This document shows, piece by piece, positions 16,731 through 31,019 of a stretch of DNA of 64,000 nt. The position numbers and the translations under genes are program-made. Numbering within the stretch: the first letter of the stretch is position 1; every line of letters begins with the position of its first letter. This DNA comes from Octopus sinensis (Eukaryota). The DNA lies in the NCBI RefSeq assembly GCF_006345805.1, contig NW_021832231.1, positions 372,001-436,000 of the forward strand. Direction: 5' to 3'. Below the pieces are notes generated by a model. It searched no databases and was not told the DNA's origin. It was given only the letters and a program-made list of their open reading frames with translations.

Positions 16731-18508
16731 TTAATCAGCCGGATTGGCACATGCCGTACTATCTTCTTCTCCGGACTGTTTCTTAGACCCAGACAAAATG
16801 TTATCAACACGAAGAATGTGAATTACATTCTAAAATAAATCAAAACATTAACCTCGATGGCAGAATTGAGTATTTGCTTGATAACTGACACACAATCACA
16901 TATCTCGATATCAGCCATGTCACGACACTTCCCAGTAACTCCGTCCACTCCCCAAGAATCATGACCTCCCTTGGAATGCATCCCCCTCAACATCTCGACA
17001 GTCTTGAACGGATTAGTCCCCGCATTTTGTGCAAGAGTGAGAGGAATCACCTCCAAAGCCCTCGCCATCGCCACATATAAATCTACATTCTTCTCTGCAA
17101 CAGACATTCGTGCGTTGCGGACAAGTCGCTGGAATATTGGAATTAACACTACCAGCGAGAGTTGTTGGTACACCGCACCTCCTCCATGTACATATTTGGG
17201 ATCATCCAACACGTTTTTTGCTGCATGAAGGACATCCTGGAAGGAACGCTCGTACTCACTGATTATGTCCTTACTGGCCCCACGCAGCATGACAGTGCAT
17301 GCTTTTGGGTTTGTGCACTTTTCAAAAAATGTGAAATACTCGTCCCCAATCTTACGGACGTGGAATAGTCCACATTCAGTGCCTACGTCCTTCTCCTGCA
17401 GTTGCTGAGTGTCAGACACAATCGACGCTCCCACAGCCCTGCAATGACTGGAACCAATACCGAGCAATGCGAATCAGGTCTGACTTGCGGGCACGTCGAA
17501 TCACAGATATTTTAGCACGTGACAACAAATGTTGGGCAATATCCGACACTCCCTTCTCAACAATCACCACATCAGGCTTAACAGCGATTATATCATTACA
17601 CAATCCTGCCACAAACTCTTCCTCATTCCGCAAAACCTGCCTAAAAAGTACAAAATTAAAAAATACATAAAATCATCATCATTAGTCAATTCCAATGCAG
17701 TCTGACTCTCCCCTTTCCGATACTCCAATGCTGTATCCATCACAACAACACGAGGATTCTCAATTCTTCTACTCATGGTGGCTGGGTGGGTCACATCTTT
17801 GTTGAGAACAACCCCGTCCACCACTCGGGAATCTCCAAATGACCCCCCGGGGATTTTTTCAACCCTCACGTACTTTTTTATGTCACCACCCTTTCTGACC
17901 GCATCCACAGCCATCTCACACATCATTTCCAATCTACAACAAATATTATTCACTACCCTTCGACATGAGGCTTAGTCGATAAAGCACTTCGAACGACCTT
18001 CATGAAGTTGTTTCCCACTGGAATTGCCATTTCGTCCAACGCATTTCGAGCATCGTCCAACAACTGGGCCAATACTGAGCACACGGTTGTGGCATGCACT
18101 CCTTCCTTTATGAATGACTCCACGGAGGCAAAGACAGCCCCGCCTGTGTTTATTTATGGGGAATTAAACCGACAATCACCACCGAGGTTGTCCCGTCTCC
18201 GACTTCTTCATCCTGAGCACGTGCGATTTCAAGGATTGACTTGCTGGAGGGATTGTTGACATTAATCTGACGTTTATTTGTCTATAAACCTCACGGAGAA
18301 CACTGTTTCCGTCATTTGTTATTACAATTCCTCCGTTTGGGTCGAGCAGCATTTTTAGCATTGCTCGGGGACCCAAGCACGTGCGAATAACTTCGGCCAT
18401 TAATTTGCCTCCGTGGATGTTCTTTATTTGGACACCCTGCCCAGATTCTCGTTTAGTGTTGGGGTCTTAAATATATTTGAAAAAATTACTGAGAACAACA
18501 AAAGACAT
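16731..18508 (-). CDS. CCT3: T-complex protein 1 subunit gamma
   Basis: NTKRESG, IRTCLGPRAMLKMLLDP, TNDG, GDGTTSV, DIKKYVRVEKIPGG, ACTVMLRG and LRVDNILSG. GT-AG introns of 22-26 nt. Confidence 0.97.
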
Positions 18509-18712
18509 CACGTGTATTGGTAACTAAGTTTTTAATACTTTACAATGTATTATATCAAAATTTTAAAATGATATTATTAAATTAAAATAATTAAGATCTT
18601 ATATAATGCAGATCCATAATGAACTCGACAAAAATCAATTTGTACACTATTAAATCATATAGGTTCGACTATATACAGTATTCAAAAAAGTATTTATAAT
18701 ATCACAAAAAAG

Positions 18713-21700
18713 TCAATATTCATCCTCTAATATTATAAAAAAATAAAATAACCCTCATCATCCACGACCATCGTCATGCTCTCATCGTCCGAAGTTTCCG
18801 TTGAGTCATCATCACCGTATCCCTACCACGATTGGACGAAACACAAAACTCGTATTTGAGATGAATGGCCCTCAGCTGATTCCGCAGTATTGGCCGACCA
18901 GCTTAAAGCCTTTTCCAGATCTAAAACGCTATCCATTGTAGCGTTTTCAAAAAGTTCGTCCTTCTTGACAGTCAGTTTATCCGTCCACATTTTGCGCAAA
19001 TATCCCCTTTCCATGTCACACGCCGAATACGACTGCAGAGAATTATTGTTCCAGAAATGAGTCAAATCCAGTCCCTTTGACTAAACTACCTCCGACAAAC
19101 CACGTGCGGTTTCAATGCCGACAGTTCAGTCTTGGGAAATATTACCGAGGACATGAATTGGCTAGACATGTAGTCGTATAGTAGTTGATAGAGGACAATA
19201 AGGTGGTTGCAGACGACCATTTCATGGAGTGCAGTCATCCTACAAATTTCCTCACAATCGAGAACTGAATATTCGCAATTAATTTGGCCCGGTCGACATA
19301 TTCCGCCATTTTTGACAAGAGTTGTGGCTCCTCGTATATTTTCTGAATTATTATTCGGACAACTCCAATTCGTATTCGTGCATCAAAATGGGAAATAACA
19401 AGATTCATCAGAAAATCATATTCTTTCACGGCAACCTCGTTGTTACCTTTCATGCAAAATGGCACAATATACATTTAAGGTAGTCAGTAATTATTATTAT
19501 TGCTGTCAGCCTGGTTGAGAAGTAGTACGTACTATCAACAAAGTGATGATAAAATTGCGGGTTGAAAGGCAGCCAATTATTTTTTTGCAAAGTTCTGAGG
19601 GCAATAAGACACTCCGCCGTGGCAATAAAGCGGAAAGTGGGGACAATAGTCTCCGAGTTCATCCTCAGCTCAATCTCATCTACCAAATGTTTTATTTTCG
19701 GTTCGAGCATATCCATGGATAAGCGTCCGTTCCCATTTATTATTCCAAAAGTGGCACTGGGGAATGTGCCAATATCCTTACCCATTTTCATCCTGAGGAG
19801 TAACGGTGAATGCCAGTGCTCGAATAAGACAGGATATGTACACCGAGTCGTCAAACTACATCAATTAATCTACTCCACAACATAATTCTCAGTGTTGTCA
19901 TTCAGTCTCAAAAGTTCCAACAAAAAACTGAATACTTCTTCTGGACATTTTTCGTGCATTCGGATTTTCCCGATGGCACACACAATTTCCTAATTTATTG
20001 ACTATTTTTATACTTTTTGGATAAAATATGAAATAACGTCAGAAAAGTCATTTTGTCCGACGAGCGAAGGGAGAGAAGGGGAGCCAAATGTCCCCCTGAA
20101 AATACCCAGAATCGCTAGAACTGTCGACCACTGGTCGTAAGAATAATTAATGATCTGAAAATGTCATCAAACGTGACCACCTTGACCAGGGCATGTAATG
20201 CCTGCACACGGATTCGGTAATAAACGTCGCTGTCATCTGCCATAGACATGAGAACTCTCTTTGTGGTCTCATCCCCAATGTGCTGCAGAATATTGACAGC
20301 CTGGAGACATTAGTGCCAGATCAGACATGGCTCTGGGCGACCACATCCCGTTCATATTGCAGCATGTATCGCCACATAAATTCTGGCTGCTCCAACCTCA
20401 CTACGCGAATCAAATGATGGTCCTTATCGATAATCACCCACAGGACAGGAGAATCAGGACTAAATTATCAACTAGTCACTCCTACTCCATGTATGACAAT
20501 TCCATGTCGACTTCCTGACGAGTTATCAATGGGATTTTCTTCTTCTTGTTCCTGTAATTACAACAAGTGAATAACCGACGACTCTTTGAATGGCACGTGA
20601 TATCGTAATGGACAGTGTTCTCCTCAATGTTGAGAATATGTTGGAAGGATCCGTCCAATTCTTGAACAGTGACTGACAATGGGCCCTAAAAATGACCACA
20701 AATAGACATGCAGCATATTTCATAGTGAACCCGCTCTGAGGTTCTTGAATGAGTTCAAGTTCCAAAACATTTCTTTTCCTGTTAAAAACAAAAGAGCCAC
20801 GAAATCTTGCACATCCACTTTGATACCTGAACTTGCTCAAAAAGTAAACTTACACCCACTGGTCCATAAACACTGAAAAGTCTTTACCAGAAATGTCATT
20901 GATTATGTCAACAAACTAATTATGAGGGAGAATAGCAACCATTTGAGTAGATATGAGTGCATTTCCCCACGACTCTCCAGACGCGTCAGCAGCAGCCAGT
21001 CTAGACTGAATGAGCAGTTTATTAAATGCCTTAATATTACATAAAATCAGCTCACATTGACTAAAAATGATTTCCCCAGTTTCAGTTCGAGCATACGAAT
21101 CACAAGAATCGCCTTTTTGCAGAAAATATAATAGTAGTCAAGAGGAAGGAGATTCTGAGTGTCGACAAACACATTTCTCTGAACTCTTCCTTCCTTCACT
21201 CGCGAGGAATCCAAAAATATTCCCCCAAACTTCATTTCCTGATAGCAGACCTCCTCAATGTCCTTACAAATTGCAAAGAACGTGTGATTTAATCCCAAAT
21301 AAGTCATATTTGCATTGAAGGACATGTAACCAGCAATCCCCATGCACAACCACAGGTCATTCCTGCCACTAACACTCACCGCGGAAACCATGAACGCGGA
21401 CAAACGTAGCACCCAAACATCTGTTCGGCAAATGCCAGGGAAATAATCGGTCTGGTTATATATAGCTGGTCTATCTGCTTGCTTGAGTGCAGTAAATCAG
21501 TGCTGTGGGATTAACAGACGAATCCTGCCTGAATATGGTCAATCCGGTGTAGGATATGTAGTCGATTGGCAAACACTCCACAAATACTTGCTTATACGAA
21601 GGCACTGGGAATCCTGCAGACAAAAACTCGCTGTAAAACTCAATAATCAGCCAATAAGTCACTTCCAAACCTCGTTTTCAAATTTGAGAGAATCCTCAAG

Positions 21701-22655
21701 CAGACATTCCCCATCTGGAAGACAAAACATCAAAATATCATCCAAATTGTGGGCCACTCGTACCTTAAAAAACCTACGACTAATCAAAACCAATACCCCA
21801 CGACAAATCCAATATTTATGGCCGGGGAAGGGTAGTCTACAAAGTAGTGGTAGATTTTAGAGTCATCCTGGCGAACAATTGTCTTCAAAATCCCCGGAGC
21901 CAATGCTGTCATATTGTTCGGAATAGTAAACTCCAGTTCCCACGTGCATATTTGGTCATAAGTGTCAAAACACGGAAACCACGAACTAACATGGTGATAT
22001 GACGGGCTATAACGTGCAAGTGCCGTTGCAGTGACATGTAAATACATGTTCTTGTAACTCATTGGCATTCTGGTAGAAGTAAACCCCAGCACTTGGTTTT
22101 CGAATCATAAATTCGACTGTAATTGTAAAACACTCCATTTCTGTTTTATTAGACATTTAAAATGCCGTTTATTTTTGATTTCATTTCTTGGGGAAGAGAA
22201 ATCACCAATTCTCCGCGATTGTCCACACCGGAAACCTGATGAAAGGCCGTATCGTAAGAAGCCTTCACCTGAGCGGGCGATATTGTACTATAAATAATCT
22301 ATAAAGTTCTAAAATGGTCGAACGAGGTATCTTTCTGGTCAAAAATATTGAATAAAGGAGAAGAAAAGTTGTATTTACAATCCCATTTGTCATCTGCCAC
22401 AATACTCCCAATTCCTGTGAGATTATTTGTTGAAATATCGACCATGTTGGCGGTAGTTTAAACGGATAACACGAGAGGACCGAGTCAATGGCTTCAGCTT
22501 AATAGTTGTTGAGCCCTGGAGATGGTAAACACAGAACACGTACAAATAGTTCTGCATATTCTATATCAATTGCAGCAATTCGGACAGTTTGATGTACTAG
22601 AGTAAAATTGGTATTATTTACAGAGTTTAAATTCTCGAGTAATTGGCTGGTACAT
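18713..22655 (-). CDS. TAF2: TFIID subunit 2
   Basis: FKLLHQ, SWFPCFDTYDQICTWELEF, YKQVFV, FSTDLLHS, FNRKRNVLELE, GPLSVTVQELDGSF, KKKIPL and LQYERDVVAQ. About 20 micro-introns, three of them GC-AG. Confidence 0.95.
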
Positions 22656-23039
22656 TCAATTATCAATTATACAACGTAAAAAACTAACAAAAATTAAATT
22701 CAAATTTTATTTAAATTTATAGACAAAAATATTTATCTATCCAATAAACTTTTATATCCGAAAAATGCTTGGAGTAATTTTTGACTATTTAATGACGTTC
22801 TCGAACCAGGAATTTTGAAAAAATAAAATACATTAAAATTACAACTAATTGTGTAATTAAGTATAAATCATTGAAATTAACCTGATTTTATTAGTGTGGT
22901 TTATTATTTAACAAGAATCATCGTTTTTGGTCCGATTCATACGTTCAATTTTATTTATTAAATTCATTGAATCAAATAATGAAATAAAGGCAAAATGCAC
23001 AATTTCCCATAAAATTTTGAGAAACAATTCACTTAAACC

Positions 23040-23345
23040 CTCGACTTAGGCGACATAAAGAGTCTGTAAACCCAGAAAATTGTTGCTCACATGAATATTT
23101 TTAGAGCCTGACATAAGTAAAATTATTCTGAACAAACAAGATTGGAAATCTCAGTGAATTACTGTTAAATTGTCTGTTGTTTTGATAGTATTTTTATACA
23201 ATAAATAGTCGAACATGTCTAAACCTGCCCCTGACGAGGCCAAAAATTGTGCGCTAGTGGCAAAAAATTATTTTATTTAAGGTGGTCCACACAAAATTTT
23301 ATAGCGCAAAAGTGGTCTCAGTATAAAAAAGGTTAAGAATTACTG
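23040..23345 (+). mobile_element. Decayed 3' end of a hAT (Buster) element
   Basis: EPDISKIILNKQDWKSQ* resembles the Buster C-terminus, followed by a degenerate terminus aaaaaggttaagaattactg. Confidence 0.5.
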
Positions 23346-23529
23346 TGCTAGACTTTCTTTTTTAGTACGTTTAAAGCACTCGTCTATAAATTTAAATAAA
23401 ATCTGCTGGATTTCTGAAAACCCGTCAATTTCTGCTCCACAAATTGTAAGAATTTTTTTGTAAGACTGAAAAAGACGATTTTCCGAGAGCGATTATAAAA
23501 ACATTGAACGCTACAAGAATTCCTAAACT

Positions 23530-23690
23530 CAAGTTAATGAAATTGATGATAAAATGGTAGCGTGGATTAACCTAATGGAGTTAAAGGAAACAATTTTTTC
23601 TGATTCAATAATCATTTCAAAGAATCTTAAATTTGGAAAAAATAATGGAGCATTTAAAGCAAGCCGTGGATGGTTATATTGAAAATAAAG
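23530..23690 (+). mobile_element. pogo/Tigger CENP-B-type HTH relic
   Basis: EIDDKMVAWI..FKASRGWL. Confidence 0.6.
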
Positions 23691-24994
23691 AACTAATTGA
23701 ATTTTTAGAATGGCAATCTCAAGAAGATGAATGCACTATTGTCTGAAATCCCCAGAGAATGATACTAAAAGAATGGAAATATAATTTTTTAGCCAAATAT
23801 TTAATTACTCTTTTTTAATGTTCAAGTCCAAAGAGCAAGTAGAGAAAATCTAAGTAAGTAGACTCAATAATGGTATTATTTACAAATAGCTAATAAAAAA
23901 ACTTGTATATTAAGGGAATGTTTGTATTCTTATTTTCATAACAATTTTTGGTTTTATAGATTGTATCGAAATCATTGATTTTTGTAATTAATATTATTAG
24001 ATTTTAATTCTTACCACATTAGTAGTGTTTGTTAAAAGTACTTTTGTGGCTGTTTTTACATTTAATTTTCATATTTGGGTGAAAAATTTATTTAAGTTAG
24101 TTAGTTAATCCCGTCAACTTGTAGGAAGCCGGCAGCTATTAAACATCCAGGATTACCTAAAACTTTCCATAAATGTTTAAAGACATGAATGAGTTTCATC
24201 CGAACAAACAATAGGCAGTGCTGGAGAGTCAAAAAACCTCATTAGTAGGAATTATGTAGTCTTCTGAGAAAATTTGAAAGTGAACGTTGCTTTAAACAAT
24301 GTTCGACTAATTGTTGGTAAAGTTAAGGGATTAAAATGTTTGAATTGATTACAACAGTATCAGACCTTAAATATCTCAAGAGCATTTCTATATTTGCCAA
24401 AAATATAAATTGAATGTTTAATAAATGTCAAATATTTGATTATTTTGAATCATTCGGCGTGCTTTTCATAGCTTTCGAACTTTTCTAGAATGATCTCCAA
24501 TCCGATCAAACAACTGAATAAACCTGAATATCCATAATTTTTTTATTAAAACTAAAATTCATCTGACAGGCTTTTAACAAGCTCATTGTTTAGCTGCATT
24601 GGTCAATAATTCAATTTGCGGCGCTGACCATATAATATTCAATTATCGTGGCTGAGTAGAATGAATAACGGTTTCTCGAGAATTAAACTTACGGAAATTG
24701 AGGTAACAAATCAAAAAATTCACATTTTTCAAGAAAAAACTTCTGGATGACCTCTCAACGCCTGATTTTAATCCACATCGACTCAGCTATCAAAATAATA
24801 ATAATTCATCGACTTCTCATACAAGTAAAATTATATCGACTAATTATATTCGTTAAATAGTATCGATAACTATCTATAACTTATTGCTGTCTTTTTTGTT
24901 AGTTGCGTCGTATCTTTAAAATTAATGAATATTTATTTTATTACTTAGAAATTAAAATTTACTAACTATCCTAAATAAATTATGTTTCGTAGTA

Positions 24995-25351
24995 ATGAAG
25001 AGACAACAAAGTAAGAACAACACACCAAACAAAAGTGTCCGATTCGAGGACGATTTTGAGGATCCTATCCTTTGTTCCCGATTTCCATCTGCCCAGTGCA
25101 TTCAAATAACCTCCAAACTTTCCTCCGATTCATCTGATGGATTTTTAATAGCTGCTAAAGCACAACGGCCCCATCAAAAAAGTTTCGAAATATCCTCAGA
25201 ATTGACCGACTTTGATGTCAATCCTCGTTCAGCCTCCCGCCTGCCACAAGCCGACCGTGAACCGCAACGTGAACTCCGCTATCCTAACGCCATGTACTCA
25301 TGTAAGGTGTAAGTGTTGACATAGTCAGCTCCCTCTCGAATATTGGATCCA
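24995..25351 (+). CDS. Hypothetical protein
   Basis: ATG-initiated 105-aa ORF with coding-like composition. A probable 22-nt intron leads to LPLEYWIQKN*. No family recognised. Confidence 0.4.
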
Positions 25352-26429
25352 GAAAAATTGATGACTGAGAGGATTATTACTAAAGCAAGAACACTCACGT
25401 TTCCTTCTCAAAATTGTATATTTTCCAATATAATCGATTAGTTGGGCCCCAAAAAGCACGATCGATGCCTTTCGACTATATTCTCAACTTATAATTCGTT
25501 AATTTGGCATTTTCCCTGTTTAGTTTAAAAATTTTTATTTCAAAGAAGTGCAGTAAATAAGTGCAATCTGTGTCGTAATGACAAATCAATTTTAGAGAAT
25601 CAATTGATTTTTATTTGAACAAACACTGTCTGTCTATTTTTAATGTTAAAACAAATTCGTAAATGGAAATTTGATTTTTGAGTGTTATTGAGTGCATCTT
25701 CAATTTTTTTGAAATATTCACAAAATTTATTATTTGCATGCTAATAAAAATTGCTAAAGTTTATCGACAGTCGCTCTAATAATAACCCTAGTAGCGGGAC
25801 CCTGACAAAAATCTGCTGGCTTCAAAAAAACGAACTTCATATAAATAACTCAAAAAAGTAGCAAATATTTGAAATCGTTCACAAAAGGAACGTCTTGCAA
25901 ACAAAAGGAATTTTCAAAAAAATTTATACGAATTAATAAATCAATAACCTCTGTAAAAGGGAATGTATTTTCTCTACCATTTTAGATTTTGAAATTATTG
26001 TTAAGTTTGTGATCTCTGAAAATATAATAACTATATTTATATATTAAATATAAATAATGTTTATTAATGAAAATATTAATCAAATAGATACTTAGTTAAA
26101 TTCACATGGCAGTTTTTCTGGTGTAGCACTCTGGGTAGCGGATGTTGTTAACTTTCCGCACTAAAGTGTGCTAATAACAATTTGCACAATTTTTTATTTG
26201 TTGCAGACATTAAATTAATAATAGTTTTACACTAATTTTCTATTCAAATTTAACCAATAGATATAGACTCTGATAGAATATGTCCTTTATATTTATACAC
26301 TCTGTATTAAGTTACATACAATTTGTTATATATAATATTAAGTCATGATTACTGAAAATTGTTAATTTGCGTTTGTACCATCACAGAAACACATTTTTAT
26401 AGTTGAATTGTAAGAATCCTCGTGTCTTT

Positions 26430-27586
26430 TCACTTTATGTATCTCTTCAAGTTTTTTAGCTTTAAAAACGTAAGGTCTTGTCCTCTCACTATTGGTCGAC
26501 ACTTCATGTATTCATACCTGTCTGTAAATGCTTGGTTTATTCCCTCTTTTAAATTAATGTGTTTAAAAGTTTTGATTTTTTTATCATTTCCTGGGAGAAG
26601 AAATTTTGGAAAAGAACTATAAAGCGGCATTTTGGAAAATTGGTCACGCGGGTACACGTCAGGTAGATTTACGATGTAAGGACTAACGAATAATTTCATA
26701 ATAACACTTTTCCATTTTATTTTTCCACGGTTTCCATTCAGTTTCCACTGATTTTGCATCACATTTGCGTGGAATTACTGGCGGGTAGTTAATTAGTTTG
26801 TCTCGTAAAATGTAGTTTGGAGAAATCACTTTTTTTTCCATCGTAGATATTATTTTCCCGCATATTTCATGTGGTTTATTCTAAAATGTAAACTCTAAAG
26901 TTATGCCTTTTTCTGCAGGTTATCATGTCGTGAATATACGTTCTTGCTAATTGCCTTTCTGTTTCTCCAAGCTGCAATTCTCAACACTCTTGAGTTGGCT
27001 TTTAGGGAATAAACCTCTCGCAGTGTTGATTTGAAAATATTTTGGACAGATCTAAAGCGTTGTGGTTGAAATAATCTGTTTTGAGAACACTGCAGCCCAG
27101 CAGAATAAGTTTTTTGATAATGGAAAGACATCCCTCCATTGCAGCCTGATGAAGTGGAGTTGTTCCGTCGGAATTAATGCTCTGATATTATCAAGATGCC
27201 TCACCATAGAAAGTCAGCTCCGTTCTCAATAAGAAAATCAAAACATTTGTCTGCCATATCTCCAATTTCTGAATTTATACAGAGGTGAATAGCTCTCCAT
27301 TCGCAGGAAGAACTAATATTCACGTCCATTTTATATTCTTTTACAAAAAGCTCAAGACAATTCAGTCGTCCATTCAGGGCTGCAATATGGAAAGGGTGAA
27401 ATCCCTAAACAATATTTGAGTCAAAAAAACATTTTCGTCAAATGTATTGAGACGATTTAATGGCCGACTTCCTAGATGATGCTTAATCCATACTGTGTCC
27501 CCAATTGAAGCAGCAATAAAGAGTTCTCGTTCACCACAACTCATTTTACCCGTAGCAGATTTTGTTAAACAATTTTTTATGCTCAT
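26430..27586 (-). CDS. ANKRD53: Ankyrin-repeat protein, ANKRD53-like
   Basis: ELFIAASIGDTVWIK, DENGFHPFHIAALNGRLNCLELFVKEYK, GTTPLHQAAMEG and CERVLRIAAW follow the ANKRD53 pattern. Five micro-introns, including a GC-AG (26881-26906) and a GAG acceptor. Confidence 0.7.
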
Positions 27587-28419
27587 TTTCCACTCACTAA
27601 TTTAGTTACTGAGCTGTCATGACAATTTCATATTTTAACTTTTTGTTTCCCAAGCAGTTGGGTGTATTAATGTTCGATTAAAAAATCAAAACAATAAAAC
27701 ATTTATTTACGAAACATTTAATCTATTGAGTTTTACGATAATGCTAATTTTAAGAATTGAATAAGTTTTTACGTTTTCCAACATTGATGGATTATTTTTT
27801 AACATTTTCAATTTTCTATAAAGATCCTTATTTTTTGAAATGGCTTATTGCTCGAACAGTGTCGTGGAAGTAATGATTGATAACAAGCATATATTCTCAC
27901 TAAATAGCAGTGAACGCCATATAGTCTCAAATAATGTGAATAGCATCACGTAAGCTATATTCTACCTCTAAGATATACGATGCAGTGTTAATCTTGCCTT
28001 ATTGGAAGTCGAAATATGTCGCGAGCACGACGCGCACATAATAATATCCTTCGAATTCAGATTATTCAGTGCACGCTGGGAAAATGAGGAGGTTGAAAAT
28101 ATAGACCGTTGTATTTATTTTCATAGAAGTCAGCACTAAGATCTTTACAGATTTACAGACTTTTTTGGATTCAAGATTTCCAAATACACAGATTTCTTTT
28201 GGGAAAGAATATTACCGCTAAAAAGATATTCTCAGTAAAAATCTGAAATTTCGAAACTTTAAGGCAAATATTTAACAGGATAGATCACAGAGGATCACTA
28301 AGATTGCCAACTAAAAAATTACGGTTGAATCTCTCAGCCAGTCAGTACCGGATTTTCTTAGGTAGATTGATTATGTACGATTTGTTGGTCACGTAGTTGT
28401 TTAAGAGTAGAAACAAAGC

Positions 28420-28850
28420 GACCTAGGAAATATAACTTAACCTAAAACCAAGAAAGCCGGTGATTTCGTTTATCAATTAGTGTATTGCGATAATAAAAGC
28501 TAGTCCGGTAACCCCCTCCATAAGTGAAGCAGGTCCCTGTATACCTGACTTCTCGACTACCAGGGGGACTTTCGACTTCAAAGTATTTCTCACATTTTCA
28601 GTTTGTCAGATTGGGTTCCAGTATTTTTGATCAATACTTTCCACACACGTGATATCACAAATCAGACATTTTCCCCTCTGAAAAGGAAATGTAATCATCT
28701 CATCGTGTCTTCTGACGTCCTCGACAAATACCCCTGCAGGTTCTAATTGAGAGGAAATTCAGGACTTGAAAGAGAACGACGGAAGATCTGGGTGACCAAA
28801 CTGGTCGGTCTGTACGCCGCAGCGGTATTGGTGTTTAGCCGAAATGAATA
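28420..28850 (-). mobile_element. Decayed CRE-like non-LTR C-terminus (restriction-like endonuclease)
   Basis: YRCG..D..GH, LEPAG..D.RRHDEMITFPFQRGKCLICDITCV and VEKSGIQGP, with stops. Confidence 0.7.
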
Positions 28851-28967
28851 AACGGAAATATACAATTAGCCTACTTAGTTAGATATTCACATATTAATGT
28901 AAATTCGAAATTTTAAAATGGTTCCTAACATGAAAAGTTTTTTAAAAATAACAACTAGACAAAATAT

Positions 28968-30404
28968 TTAGTACAATGATTCAAGAATTAAAATAATGTT
29001 ATTTAAACCTATAAGATAGCCATCCTCTTGATTTCCTAGTTCCCAAAAGACAAAATGATTCAAATTCCCATTTTTGGCTGGCCGAACTTTTGAAAAGTCA
29101 ATCATTCGAATCATTGCAGTTCCTGGTTTATCAGCATCATGGATAAACAAGAGAGAAGATCCAACGATCTACATAATTTAAAATACTATAAGACCTCGTG
29201 ACTTTTAAAAAATGCAGACTTTTGTAAAATTCCTTTTAACGAAGATATTTGGTTTAGATATGCGGACTGAAAATGTATTACAACAAATTACTATTGTGTC
29301 TGAATTACTCCGAGTAAACTCTCGAAAAATGCATTGCACTTCCTCATATGTTTTTGCTCGAGAAAAAGATTTTTTGGGTAAATCAATTTGCTGAATTTAC
29401 AAGTAATGATTTACTTTTATCCCGTCAACTCGGAATGATAAATTTGTTGTAGAACTTATTGAATCTCTGTATCTCATGTATCTTGATTTGAGAATTCCAC
29501 TTCTTTCGTGTTCTTCCGCAGTCGGCTCATTAGGATCCACCCGAATCATTTTTTGATACAAGTCGTGCCTGTATTCATTTCCTGTCAGATCTAATTCCTC
29601 CTTCAAAAAAGTCCGACATCCCATTTTACAGTCCATAATTTCAGGGGATGTAAATCCTGCTAATAGATTCTCAATTTTTAAATATTCTGAAATGATAGAT
29701 TCAAGTTATACTTATCCCGTTATCCTCTACCACTGTGCTATAAAATTTGGGGATAAATTTAGATAAGTCATCCTCTTGGTGAATTTGAATATACCCATAA
29801 GCCTCTTGAGGCGAAAATACCTTAAGAATCACGTTGTTGTTTTCTGTTGTTGATTGGACAAAATTATCTGATATATTAATTGTTCTGAGACAACCTGAAT
29901 GCCCACAAAGTTGGATCCAATTAGAGTCGTATTTATCCTGATTCTAAACATAGTTAATGAACTACCATAAGTAAATGCAATTAAACATCGCAAACACACT
30001 TATAACAGCAAATGGCAACACATTTTGATAATAATCAAGCGCAAGCTACTAATAATGTACAATGATAAGGCACATATAAATAATAGTACAATTGCTGTTG
30101 TTTTATATTCATCATTAGAAATACTCATCGGTGTGCAAGGTTCACTTATCTAAATATAAGTTGTCTAATTAACTTCGCCTGGGGAAAATAATCCAGAATC
30201 TGATGAAAAGAGTGGCCCCTTGGGGATATCTAGATTACGTCTGTTCTGAGAATTTATTGATATGGATTCGAAACAATCCTCAGAATTGCAGATAGATGTT
30301 TTGTTCAAAACGATATCTGGAAATTGATTTTGATTGTTTTGTTCTTCGCTTTCATGATCCTTGTTCCAGTTAAATAAAGAGCGAATGAATTTCTTCATGG
30401 TCAC
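28968..30404 (-). CDS. Inositol-trisphosphate 3-kinase (ITPKA/B/C family)
   Basis: WIQLCGHS, ENLLAGF..IMDCKMGCRTF, VDPNEPTAEEH, GSSLLFIHD, MIDFSK and WELGNQEDGYLIGL. Linkage of the N-terminal exons (30404-30088) is uncertain. Confidence 0.88.
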
Positions 30405-31019
30405 GGAAGAATAATAATTAAATTAACAAAAACAGGTCAAATGGATTGTTTTCAGTTGTTAAAACAATTTCAAATAATACCACAATTATTAATTTTTAAT
30501 CTTTTATTTCTAGAGAATCATTTTACTGATTGTAAGTTGATTTATTTCAGAATAATGAATTTTGATCTTAAAGATACAAATTTGTACAACAAATTTATTT
30601 CAGTATTCCAATAATTAAAAATTGTGTTCTACTAATAAGTTAGTGAAGTATGCGAAATTATTAAAATTCATTCGTTTATTTTTAAAATAGCAACATTTCA
30701 AAATCTCTGACAGGCTTTAAGGAATATTAGGCGAGTTGAGTTAACAATTATTTCACAACTGCATGTATTCTTCTGTATATGTAACAAGGGTTAATCATTA
30801 TCCATTGATTTTTTAAGTTATTATTTGTATATAATTGCTATTATCATCAAATCAACCTTATATTAACATAAGACTATTGCCTATCAGAAAAATGTTTAAC
30901 TTCCCGACTGCTCGTTTAGGAAATAAAAAGTCTTTTCACTCATATAGTGTTTAATTGTGTGTATTAGGAGACCAATAAATGTTTACCTGTTTATTCACCA
31001 AATGAAATTAGCTATGTTT

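Noticed and set aside
29944-30100. Transmembrane segments in the ITPK N-terminus
   Set aside because: The hydrophobic frames are incompatible without a frameshift; a ~140-nt GT-AG intron explains the region more simply.
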